Origin: Anthoceros angustus
Lineage: Eukaryota > Plantae > Anthocerotophyta
Assembly: GCA_010909165.1 (NCBI GenBank)
Contig: VJWM01000126.1
Location: 769,703-833,702, forward strand
Direction: 5' to 3'
DNA: 64,000 bases
Shown here: in pieces, positions 27,030 to 38,420 of the stretch
Position numbering within the stretch: position 1 is the first letter of the stretch
How the letters are laid out: each line of letters starts with the position of its first letter
Made by a program: the position numbers and the translations under genes
The notes under the pieces: model-generated
What the model saw: the letters and a program-made list of their open reading frames with translations, nothing else
Databases searched by the model: none
Told to the model about the DNA's origin: nothing

Positions 27030-27160
27030 CACACCGTGAACCATTCACCGTCCGGAATTGTTCGAGTGGCGGCCGCAAGAAAACGTGATACCCTCCGCTG
27101 CATTTGTCACAAAGCAACATCACCGTGATCGCGAACGTGACCGCAGAACTCACAAGGCAG
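27030..27160 (-). pseudogene. PHD finger C-terminal to the Gypsy integrase
   Basis: Reconstructed PCEFCGHVRD..VMLLCDKCSGGYHVF.LRPPLEQ.PDGEWF (C4HC3 PHD pattern); MLLCDKCSGGYHVFLRPPLEQ is in ORF 26983-27264. Confidence 0.85.
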
Positions 27161-27269
27161 ATCAATCGGTGGTTTCCATGCTGCTTGCGCTCTTGTGTCG
27201 AGATTGGGCACGGTGCCGTGTGCATGCTCTTTGCACCGACGCCCATCTTGCCCTTCCAACTCAATCACC

Positions 27270-28140
27270 CTTGCTCACCGACGTGGACTACTCGCAGGAT
27301 CAAACGGCTCACATCTAAAGTAGTTGAGGGTCGATGCAGTAAACGTCGCCGCCTCAAACTTCCTTGCTTTGGGTTTCGATCCTCCCGTGAATGCATATCA
27401 AGTTGGTCCCGATGTTGGGCTATAGCAAGATTATCCATGGCCATCACACGTTGAAAGAGCTTGCTCTTGCTTGCACCGACAAACATCCCATAGGATCCGT
27501 GCCGCCCACGGCTTGGAGTAAGTGTCGCCACTATGTTGTTGGCATGATTGCATTTCGCCAAACATGATGTAGTAGGATGAAGTTACTGCCGCTTACACCC
27601 GATTCGATATCCTAGAGCTACATAAGGCAATAGCTCGTCCCCAAAGAATCGGGTTCTATCTCCATACAATATTTGCAGAGAGTCCTTGAAGGTTCGGACT
27701 AAACGCCCGCCAACCCATCGCTGGGTGATCCGGGAGGTTCGCGTGATCTATCGTTCGATCCAGGCTTGAAACTCTCCTCGAAACTCATTGCCTTGGTCCT
27801 TAACACCAAAGACATGACAGAGAACACATTGCAAAACGCCCGCGGTATATATTGCGAACTCGAGGCGTAAAGGCCAACTCCACCCACTTCGAAATGTTCG
27901 ATCATCAACATACAATGTCTCTGCTCGCCGTGACTGGTAGTTCGGCAGATCAAGACCATCAAGATGTCGAAGCACGTGCAACACCACATCTTGGAGAATG
28001 CCTCTTATCGCATCACACGCGCACATTTGGCCACCACCTTTTCAACGCTCGATACCCACCGAAAAGTACGCATTTTCAACATATGATGAGTCTTCACTCC
28101 AAAGTGGCCAAGCGTGACATGTACCTTGGTCACCAATTGC
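27270..28140 (-). pseudogene. Gypsy integrase (HHCC, DDE core and C-terminal region)
   Basis: HVTLGHFGVK, MIEHF.KWVEL, DQGNEFRGEF, HP..DGLA, AMDNLAIAQHRD, ILRVVHVGE across frameshifts. Confidence 0.85.
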
Positions 28141-28469
28141 CTCCTTCTCCTATGGGTGGTACTTCCTTGAGCACTCCACGATCCGTGACCCACACCTTAC
28201 CGCTTTCAAGTGTAACGCGATTTTCCGTTGTAGTTTTTGCGTGAGGCATGTGGACTGTCCATCCTGTAGCGTTGATAGCTTGCTCATTCTTCCATATGTC
28301 TCTTCCTCCATTGCCTTCCATCTTCCCTGGAGACATTAGGCCATGTAATAACCGGGGCATGCTTTGAATGAGTTTAAAGTCCCGCCTTGCTCCACACATC
28401 TCCTTTGTCGCACATTGGGTTTCTACCGAGACCGTGGCATTGAGATGCACTTTACCCGCTCGCACAATC

Positions 28470-29560
28470 GCATGTCATATTCGACAAGAAAAGCCCATCG
28501 GGCAAGTTTTCCACTCATATTTGTCATCAGCCGGTGAAGGCTGATGATCCGTGATGTTGAAAGCTCCGACCAACAAATACACTCGAAATGTAAAACCGCC
28601 CAAACCGCAGCTGTGCATTCCCCTTCATACGATGAGTAGTTTGCTTCCAGCATTGTTGGACCTACTTGCATATGCGACAACTCGCTCCTTTCCTTCTTCA
28701 CCGGCCAGATACCAAGACCAGCCACTCCAGTATATAAGACAAATGGCTTATCAAAATCAGCCTTTTGAGCATTGGCCTTCCGCTTGGTTCTTCAACTCCA
28801 AGCCTTCCTGCTTGTCCCCATCGCCAAGGCACTCCCTTCTTGAGCAATTCATACAAGTTTGCATATGTCGCTCATATTTCGGACAAACCATAGTAATTGA
28901 CAAGTCCCAAATGCCCTTAAAGAATGTCTCTAGGCCGGGCATGAGATCAATTGCCCGCACCTTGGCCACCGAGGCAACACCCCACCGAACTATCTTATGC
29001 CCTGTACTCTATCTCCTTGTAAGCAAACTTGCATTTCTTTGGGTGTGCCTTCAACTCGATTTGGCCAATCTTTGCAGAAATCTCAAGGTGTTGGAGATGT
29101 TCTTCCAGTCACATCGAACACTAAGATGTCATCGATGTAACATCTTACAAACGATCCCCTCAGAATTCCAAATCACCACCCCGAAAATAAATGGATGCGT
29201 TTTCAAACCAAATGGCATTGTTTCCCACTCCCACACCTGGTCCTTACCCCAAAACGGTCTTGCACTTGTCTCTTTCTTCGATGACTATTTGATTGAATCG
29301 ACCGAAATCCAATGTAGTGAAATACTTGGCCTCCCAATGGCATCAAAGATTTCATCCTGGCATGGGATATCGCTCCATGGGTGTCACCTCATTCAAAGCA
29401 CGATAGTCTCCACACATCCTTCCGCTGCTCCATTCGCCATTCTCGTCCTTTTAAGAATACAGCTTGCCGCAAAGATATTGCGGTGGTAGACTGATTAGTC
29501 CAGCCGCCACTCCTTGCATCTCTATCCACAATGTCCCACTCCATGGGACTCAATGCTTTC
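28470..29560 (-). pseudogene. Gypsy reverse transcriptase and RNase H
   Basis: RMCGDYRALN, YPMP, MPFGLK, VRCYIDDILVF (about 29115-29148), VVAYASRSNN, GKLARWA. Confidence 0.9.
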
Positions 29561-29849
29561 GTCAAACATCGGTTCATTGTGGTGATCTTGAACTTGATAC
29601 GATATCATCATTCAAAACGCGAAGGTGTGCCGATTCCGCAAAGATATCCCGAATCTTCTCGTTGATCGACTTCTTCTAACTCTTCGCATATCTGCCACTC
29701 ATGTGTTGAGTTTACTGCTGTTCTCTTGTCGCCACGCATCCGTATGACCTCCTTTGTGCCAGATTGGAAACTCGCCTTCTTCGATAGCGCATATCACCTC
29801 CGCCTTGCACATATCTATTTGTGTGGCGGACCCACGTTCAACACCCATT

Positions 29850-30675
29850 GCAGGTGGATCAAACGCTTGACCCAAAGAACTTGCATCGATATGAAATGCC
29901 CGCGTGATGGTCCGTCGCATCAAACCCCATGGCCTTTCGGCTCCATCACGTGGGCTCACCTCATTTCCAGCGAGATCCACCACGGTGCCCCCGCCTCCGA
30001 AGGCATAAGATTGGGCGCCTTACAGTGTGGGCCAGCCCTTCGGCTTCCCAACCTTATTTACGGAAATCGTGGAGGTTTGTCCATCTTCCGCACGTGATGC
30101 CCGCCTCTTCTAAGATGTCATCCACATATTGTTTTCCGGGTTTGGTCAACTCACGGTTGCTCGAGAACCTCTACACGTCACGTTTGTCCAAAAACCGCCC
30201 GGTGGGCATATGAGCCCGCTTTGCAGCATCAATAATGAATTCCTCTCCTATCCAACCTCGAGCTGCTCGTAGCCTCCTCACATGTTCACGCTTTATCGAA
30301 TGCTCCGCATTTTTCCGACGCAGCCAAGTGGGATTGATTGAAACTTCCTTCGTAATCCTGACACGCCCACTTCCACACCGTCCACAACCGCCCTCGAAAG
30401 CCCATTCCCATCCTGTAAAGATATCGACCGGGCACTGACCGCTTCCGCTGCTTCCTACCAATCGACATCATGGGGTAACTCGCTCGACATCCCTTCACCG
30501 CCTCCATGCTTAGTAGTCCGGATACCCTTTGCATCCCGATAATCCTAGATTTGGCTCGCAGCGTGCCTTCTCGCCCACTTCAACACACGTGTATTTCCTC
30601 ACCGTATTCCACTCTTCAATACCGCTCAAGCTTCAAGCCATCGATCCCCGAACACGCTCCATGAGGTGTATACTC
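29850..30675 (-). pseudogene. C5 cytosine DNA methyltransferase domain inside pol
   Basis: Motifs in canonical order across frameshifts: I IHLME.FG.I (30640-30672), II RKYTCVE, III LPHDV, IV PVDIFTGWE[C], VI (E/K)NA, VIII IDAAK.GSYAHR..FWTN (30182-30236), IX E.AMGF, X LGQAFD (29856-29878). Confidence 0.85.
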
Positions 30676-31079
30676 GCCAGTTGCCACCGAATCACATCCG
30701 TATTGATCCTTAAAGCGGTACGGCTCCCAACTGGCAAACATTTTTCGGACACACGGTGGCCCGCCACACCTTCGCTTTGTCGGGTGAGCTCCCAAAGCTT
30801 TCGACAAGGGGTTTTTTTACATCATACACCCACGCTTTGACGCCTCCTGCTCCTCTTCCACGAGTTCGAGTTTCTTCCACACCACTTGTGCACAATGTCG
30901 CCAGAGCCGTGAATGCAATCATGCTCTCTCGATGTCGCCTCATATCAAGCGGATCCCGGCCACTTGTGTGAAGTCCCCATCCCGCCACCGCGGCCTATAA
31001 AATGCTCGAGTAACGGATCTACCCCCATTGCCGGCCGCGTGGCATCATCCCCAAGTAGCATCGTAATTCCTTGCGTTAG

Positions 31080-32650
31080 ACACCAAGCAATGAACTTCGA
31101 TGAGGCATCTTCCCGGCTTGAACTCTATGGCTCACGGTCATTCCCATCACGTTCCTTGGTTCCCGCAGATGTGGTAATGTGCACTTCACATGGCTTAAGC
31201 TTATCCGATAGCTGAGAGCCTTCTGTACCCGTGCCCCAACACTGGGTCCGCTGTATCCACCAACACATGGGGGCAAAGCCGTTGACCGTTACCTCCCGAC
31301 CTTGATTATTGACCATGGCAATGCCTCCTTTGCCCCGTGCTTGGCTTGAGTGATCCCCGTGGCCGACGCATCATCCCATCGCGCCCGGACTCCTTTTGTA
31401 TCCAGCCTTCATGGCTCGCTTAAACGCGTCTTGACTCCCGTGATCACGAAGCTCATCACGGCACATCCATCACCTTCTCGAGCATAAGTTCAGACCGGGT
31501 GATTTCTCTCAGACGTCCTGTTCCTCCCGGTCTTCTTCATCGCCTAAAGGATTTGGGCATCTTGAGTGATTCCTTTCCTCACCCTTCTTTCTTCGCACTG
31601 CTCCCGTGTCACGCTTAGTCCGCTCATCCTCGTGGCCATTGGCCATTAGCGCATACACCTCGGATCCGAATCATAATCCTCGTGATAGCAACCGAGCTTC
31701 TGCTTACACTCATGGCTAGCTTTTCTTGCACTGTGCACCTCATCGAGCCGCTGGTGTACCTCTGATTTTGCCTTGGCAAGACATCCGCTCCACAACCCCT
31801 TTGGCTTAAATTCGGATGAGCTGCCGCCCGTATGTCCGGTTTTGGCACACGTTCGCATTGCTCCTTCTCCTTCCCCCAACCCGATACTCACACTGAGGCC
31901 TTGCGGCCCCCCAAGACATTTCACCGTGGCGTGGTGGCTGTTGTGTTCCTTGGGGAATTCATGTGTTCACTGAGTGTGGCCATTAGTTCTTCCTTGAAAC
32001 CTTGGGTTGTTCATGGCATCTCTCCTCTCACCGCATTGTGCTCCCAAGCACTTGTCACCGCGTCGCCTTCATGACCCGCTCGGCCATCTCATAGGCTTGT
32101 TCTAGCTCGTAGTCGGCACCATGCATCATGTGCAGGAAATTAGCAATCACTCTTCTTTGTCTTCCCAAGATGTAGATCTGGGCGGCTTCCCGCATCGTCT
32201 TCACACGCGTGTCTTTCACCAATTGCCTCAGCCTCAAATAGGCGGATCCGAGAGGTTCGATGGCTTGATGGTGAACTCGACAACTCCCGAATCTTCTCTA
32301 TAGAGGCTACGGAAACATTTCCGAATTTGGAGAACATTTCGCTCACGTATGTGATGGCATCGCCAGTGAACTGGACGACTCCTCTCCATCTCAACATCTT
32401 CTTGGCCATTCTTGCCCCGCGAGCCCGCGATCCTCGCAAGATCTCGATCCTTGCGCCGGTAGCAAGTCGGCCTCTCCGCAAGAAACGTGCTCATCTTCCT
32501 TAGTGCCATTTGGAATTGACTTGTACTTGAGCACCATCTCATCGATTGCCCACCTGAACTTTTCCTCAAAATCAGCCAACGACATGCTGCCATGTCTGCC
32601 GGTGAACACATCATTTTTACTAGGCGCTATCTCGTATTCCATTCCGACTC
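31080..32650 (-). pseudogene. Gypsy gag and aspartic protease remnants
   Basis: VLVDT protease motif near 31250; gag-like RLRQLVKDTRVKTMREAAQI and LEQAYEMAERV; Cys/His knuckle-like remnants at about 31545-31600 and 31830-31850. Confidence 0.65.
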
Positions 32651-33116
32651 CACTACCACTCTCTTCAAATGCTATGGATCGGATGGGACTATACACCCTC
32701 TCAATCTGACCACTTGGCTTATGGACTGAGGATATGTGACGAGCCTGAGTAGGAGTAAACTCGTTGTCCACCTGCATCGCAAAACACCATTACCTTACTA
32801 ATCCCTTCCTCCGCGAGAAACTATGTATGGCATGTCATCAAAGTTAGTGTTGGCTCCTTCCGTCAATCGCCCAACCATGAGAGTCATCAATCACTTCATC
32901 CCACAACCTCCGCCACAAATATGCGGGTTCTAGTTCGCCAAATGCAAAATGGACCGACCATAAAACAACACCGAGTAGTCTACAGACCCTCATCTTCACC
33001 ATGGACTTATCTCAGTTCCACTCCCTCCGTGATGTCCTTGAGTTCCCTTCACAAAGACCGCCTCGCTAAGCCGTTATCACCTTGCTTGCACGCCACCGCG
33101 ATCCAAATTAAGGGAC

Positions 33117-33564
33117 TGTGCAAAATTTCATTTGCGGATGTGAGTCCAACCGCTCACCAAGACTTAGAGCTATCGCTGCAAGGAAACCTCAAATGCCACG
33201 TTTGGGATCCGTATGGTCGCTTCTAGAACAAACATTAATCCGCCTCCGCTCCGATTGTTGGCCATCTTATCTTGCCTAAGTGCCGGCGTTTTCCTCGCCA
33301 CACCGCTGGCGCCTTGACACCTCCTCGACGGACGATGCCTCCCGTAACGCGATTCCCGCATCGCCGTGATCACGGGTGATCATGATGTTGACACCCGCCA
33401 TCCACGCGCGTAGGCCATCCTCACAACCTCTGACGCATGTCATTGCATGCCTTCCATCATGCATGCCCATCGTGCTTGCATGTCCATGATACATGCCATA
33501 TTCATGACACATACATGCACCCACATACCTTTCACATGTCATTTTATCAGGTGGTGGCATGACA
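33117..33564 (-). repeat. 5' LTR segment A only (lacks segment B)
   Basis: Collinear with 24960-25410 (CAAAATTTCATTT, AAGGAAACCTCAAATGCCACGTTTGGGATCCGTATGG, CACATGTCATTT). Confidence 0.88.
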
Positions 33565-34700
33565 GTCCCAACTGCACTCAAACCGAGAAGCTGGCTAAGG
33601 TCTCAAAATCACGGGTGGAGGTCGCGGCTACATGTAGGGGGTCCCTATGTGTGGGCGATGGACCCTGGCCAGAGGTGGGACCTAATCGAGGATGTCGCTA
33701 GTAGGTCCGTGAGCTGAGATCCCACGGCTGAGGGTGTGTGGACGCCCACAGGAGTTTTGTGGGCGCGCCAAAGTTGTAGTGGAGCGCCAGGCCCCGAAGC
33801 TGAGAGAGGCCTTGAACTAGGGCGAGTAATCTATGTCACCGCCAGTGCAACCTACCGTGGTAGGATGCGCCTCTGCCGTTGGGATAGGTGTCTCCTCCTC
33901 ACGAGGGAATGAGGTGTGGCCGCCCACCGCTGCTGGATCTCCTACAACTCTCCACAAGTGGTAGGAGGGGTAGGCCCTACAATTGTTTGTTGGTTGTAGG
34001 TCCCGAGGCGGCGATTCGATGGAGGCCGTAGCAGGAGCCGCGCGTCTTTGCCGAGTGGTGGTTGAGGATGTGCCAATTGTGGGAAGGCGATGGAAAGGAA
34101 TAGTGGAAGATCACGGGTGGTGAAGTCGCTGCAACGTGAGGGGGTCCCACGTGTGTAGCTCCCGACATCAGCCGTAGAGTGTGGACCTATAGTCGAGGGG
34201 TGTTTGTAGGTCTAGAAGCGGTGATTGACGAAAGACTCTGGAGGCGTGGTTGCTATCTCAGGAGTGAGTTGAGGTTGCTCCACTGTGTGAGGGAGCTTGG
34301 GGTGTGAAGAGGTGTGTGGTTTGTGCCTTGGATGCTGGACCGACAAACAAGAGTCTCATGGGACGAAACCTATTGTATAGCGACAAGGATAAGTGTGGTC
34401 ACTAGAGGGTGAATCCTGAGATCCGCCTCCCACAACCAAGCACCAACTAACGTCGTCCCCATTTCTTCGTGCCCATGGTGATGCTCAATTGTTTGATGCT
34501 CCTTCTCTTCCAAATGTCTAACTTCAAGACGGTCGCTAGTGCCCTTGCATCACAGGTGTATATCAGCCAGGCTGGGATGTATGTGCACCGGCCCACCCTC
34601 CTCCTCACATGCCGCAGTTCTGCAGCCTGCAGCCATAGCATGTGCGGGGCAGCAGTGGAGGAGGGTTCCACGGTCTCCACCGAGCTCACCCGATCCTAAT

Positions 34701-35205
34701 ATGTGGAGCGAGTTGTTTTACAGGTCTTATGACCCCAAGAAGCCAATGCATCCTTTGTCATACGAGGAGCTTGATGCGCTGTTGCAACATGCGGAGGACC
34801 ACAACGACCTCATCTACCACATAGAGAACTACCCCTTGGACTTTGAAGTTCTTTTTCGACGAGGAACGTGTCGCAGTATTTGACCGACTCGACTTACATC
34901 GCGAGAGTGCCTTCCAGAAGCTGGAAGCGCACTATTTCATGCATTCTCATTTTGATGGGTGGCCATTGGGTCCTAACGATCACTGCGAGGCCTCGCGGTC
35001 CAAGCACCCGGAGTCACTGGAGGACTTCAAGCTGTGGATGGCCAAGTTTCACTCCGACGGCTTGACTCACAGGCTGCACGGCTGGCCTCGATGCTATCGC
35101 CCCCTCCTGGATTTCATCTCAACGTCTTCTACGAATTGGACGCACGCCAACCATGACTTGTGGGAGGAGATGAACGACCTCTACATCATCGAGGACAGGG
35201 GTTAG
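34701..35205 (+). pseudogene. Unknown ORF of about 165 aa with one frameshift
   Basis: MWSELFYRSYDPKK...IENYPLDFEV joins FDEERVAVFDRL...IIEDRG* across a shift in a T run; protein-like composition, no recognised domain. Confidence 0.35.
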
Positions 35206-35410
35206 GACTGGTGGTCATGTGCTTTAGGCACCGTGGAGCAGGGGTTTTGTTAGGACTTGATTTAGGAGGCCTTCACGGTTTAGATTTGTAGGTTTCATCA
35301 TATCCCGCTTCCCACAGTTTTGACTTGACCAATTTTTGACGCTTCCCTCCGTGGTTTATTCCCACCCCTCGGCCAGATATCTGTGCTCACATTTTTGAAC
35401 TTGGCCCTCG

Positions 35411-36535
35411 AACACGATAATTTTTGAAGGGGGGGATATACTGACCCCCTTCGGCCGAGACAGCACCCCCTTGTCACGAAGAACACCTTACCTAGAACAG
35501 CATATGTGCCCTACTTTGATAATGCACACACCCTTTCTGAGGCCATACCTTTGATAAAAGATGCACTTTCAAGTCTACACCCGAGAACTGGAGCACAAGA
35601 GGGTGTGGGCCCGCTTATGCTTTAGTAGAATGCATAGAGGCTGCCATTTCATATGTTTATTACAACCGAAAACTTTTACTTTCAAGTGGTGGAACACAAT
35701 GAAAACAACTTGTATTTAGGGAGTCTCAATGGTCGTGAGAACATTGCAACAAACAATCGCTAAAGGAGGAAGTGGTCATCATCGACAATAGTCATTCAAG
35801 AGTGCGGCCGGGCGACTCATCCATGCCTTGCGCCGAAATCGAGCCAAGTACCACCGCCATATTCCGGAGGCGGTCCATATCCTCCGCCTCGTTGTCGTTC
35901 TCCATTGCTTGCCTGCCTTCAATAGTATCATTCTTGGGCCTGCCCCCGACGGTGTCGATCACACACAAAGATCTAGGTCTCACGACCTCATCCAAAAGGT
36001 CGCCACCGTGTGGTCTTCAACCTTCCGCACTCAATGCAACCACTTGGGCTTTAAGGCAATGCCAACGTCCTTAAAATGAACAAAGTTAGTTGCCCATGCG
36101 CCCATGCAAGCATCCTTAAAATCAACAAAATTGAATTGTTGAGGAGGCACGAGGTTTGAATACGAAACCTATTCGTTACTACACTTATTTCCCAAACACT
36201 AGACCAATCAGTACTTGTTAATTGAGGCGCTAAATATTTATTTTGAAAACAGTTTAGAGGAGGCCGCCTGGCGCCCATGGGTAGGCAGGTGTGCTAGGGG
36301 AGGGGCTGGCCGGCCGGCGCCCATGGGCAAGGCATGGCGTGTTGGTGGGGGATGGGGGCGGCCGGCCGGCGCCCAAGGGACGGCGTGTTGTTGGGGGCGC
36401 GCCCATGGCATGGGTGTGCTAGGAGGGCGCTGGCCGCCGCCAAGGGCGGAGGAGGGCCGGCCGGCGCCCATGGGCAGGGAGGCGCCGGGCGGCTACCATG
36501 GCGGGCAGGCGGTTGGCGCGCCCATGGGTGGGGTG
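35411..36535 (-). mobile_element. AAC-TIR element copy 0: inverted and truncated (right end, ORF Y, GC array)
   Basis: Begins AACACGATAATTTTTGAAGGGG; reverse complement of about 38030-39264. Confidence 0.85.
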
Positions 36536-37189
36536 AGGAGCAGGCTACCGCTTCATGGAAGCCTAGCGGAAAGAAGCATTTGTTCTGGATTCTCCAGAAG
36601 GCGAAAGTAATAGCTACATTTGAGATGCTCAGTGCAGTCCGATTACTCAAGAACATGAGAGAGTACCAACTCCCATAATAAGGAATATTTTCCATCTCTT
36701 TCTTTTCTGTTTTGGTTGTGGCAGGAAGCGGGATGAAGCTTAACACCTACTGGCGGTGTGCCATACGTGCATGCTCAAGTTGAGCGTTTTAACATACTAC
36801 ATATCTTCCTTGATGGAGATAGATAGCACGTGGTATCTCTATGTACATGCAAGAATATATTTGACTGCAGAACACGATAATTTTTGAAGGGGTTAATAAT
36901 CTAGAAGGGGTTTTCGCAAATAATCCGAAGGGGATTTTGATGGGCCCTAAAGCAGTTTTGAAGGCATTTTGAAAACAAGGGGTGTCACCCGAAAGTTACT
37001 ACTTTCCATCCAGCAATGTTTGGTCGAATGGTCGAAACCGAACCTTAGGGAATGATGCAAAGTAGGAACGGTGAGGAAGGCTTCACGGTGGACGATCAGA
37101 ACTCGGGCTTTGGGATGGAAATGTGGTTTTGTTATGACACCACAAAAGCCACAGATGTGTATTTCCCAACACGAAACATCGAACGGACT

Positions 37190-37971
37190 TACAACATTAA
37201 CTGGGACCCCGGAAAAGCGAGATTTCGTTCACTCATCCCGAGTTCAATCCATCGTCATCACTTGGTCCAGCTTCTCCTCCATTGTCATCACTATCTTCAC
37301 ACTTTGACTCGCGGGTTGTATGAAACGCAACTCATGAGCTTATCCCTTATCGCTTTTTGTCCACCGCATACGAGATGTTTTTCGTTCAACACAAACCCAT
37401 GTCTGAGGATGATTTTATTTCATTCACAAATACCTCCTGTATGTTTTTAGGTAATGGATCTTATTCCCTTTTTCCTCGGCATTGGACCGGATGGGTTACC
37501 ACTCTGGCGGACTATTCACATATCTCCCTTCATACGCATCTGTGCTCGATAGTGGATAAGAAAGTGAGGTGGTGGTGCGTTTAGCTTCACGTCAATGACC
37601 TCCCAATCCGAGAATGGCCTGTATGTCCGTATTGCAGCGCGCGGAAACATCCCTCTCGGTTCCGTTATGTCCCCATTCATCCGTGCCATTTCCGTTGCCT
37701 TCCGCATTTTGATATGCCCCAAAGTACATATCACGCGTGGGAGGTCCCTCAATAATGCCTCATCTAGCAAAGCTTCATCCGCACTTGAAGTGGTGCGTAT
37801 GATCCACTTACACGTGAAAACCACTTCCAAGGACTGTAGCACTAGCCCAATGTTATTCTCCACAATGATAGCAATCTCCTTCCGGTCCACCCAAAGGCTT
37901 CCCACCACTTGTACTCTTCATCACTATGGACGCAAATCTTTTAACCCTTCCAAATGGGCCACACCTTCCAT
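37190..37971 (-). pseudogene. ORF X (unknown protein), copy 1
   Basis: MEGVAHL...WVDRKEIAIIVENNIGLVLQSLEVVFTC...SSADEALLDEALLRDLP; frameshifted; homologous to 40820-41612. Confidence 0.55.
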
Positions 37972-38029
37972 CGGTGATAGGATACTTCCTTCTTGTCCCC
38001 CCTAGCTTCACCCATGCACCGTAGGATGG

Positions 38030-38420
38030 TGCTAAGGGGCGCGCCCGACCGGCGCCCTCCCCCATGCCACACTCATGGGCGCCCGGCCGCGCCTCCCAGC
38101 ACACCACCGCCCATGGCGCCGGCGGCGCCTCCCCTAACACACCACCGCCCATGGGCGCCGTCGCCACCGCCCATGGGCGCCGGCCGGCCGCGCCCTCCCC
38201 TAACACACACCATGGGCGCCGGCCGTCCTCCCCTAGCACACCGCCATGGGCGCCGCCGGCGCCCTCCCCTAGCACACCACCGCCCATGGGCGGCGGCCGC
38301 GCCTCCCCTAGCACACCACCCATGGGCGCCCGGCGGCCCCCACCCACGCCCTGCCACGCCCATGGGCGCCGGCCGGCCAGCGCCCTCCCCTAACACCCTG
38401 CCCCACCCATGCGGCCCGCC
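38030..38420. repeat. CpG-rich tandem array of about 40 bp (GCCCATGGGCGCCGGCCG...CCTCCCCTAGCACACC); also at 36265-36530, 41640-42215, 43647-43765
   Basis: Directly visible; sits between ORF X and ORF Y in every complete copy. Confidence 0.92.

Larger units (their letters stand above)
24845..33564 (-). mobile_element. Ty3/Gypsy LTR retrotransposon, gag-PR-DNMT-RT-RNaseH-INT-PHD, frameshifted in this sequence
   Basis: Domain order on the minus strand: VLVDT (PR), YIDDILVF (RT), EANYSSYEGEC..AVWAV (RNaseH), GHFGVK, MIEHF.KWVEL, DQGNEF (INT); PPT GGGCAGGGGGG at 25541-25551; about 450-bp direct repeat at 24960-25410 and 33117-33561. Confidence 0.92.
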
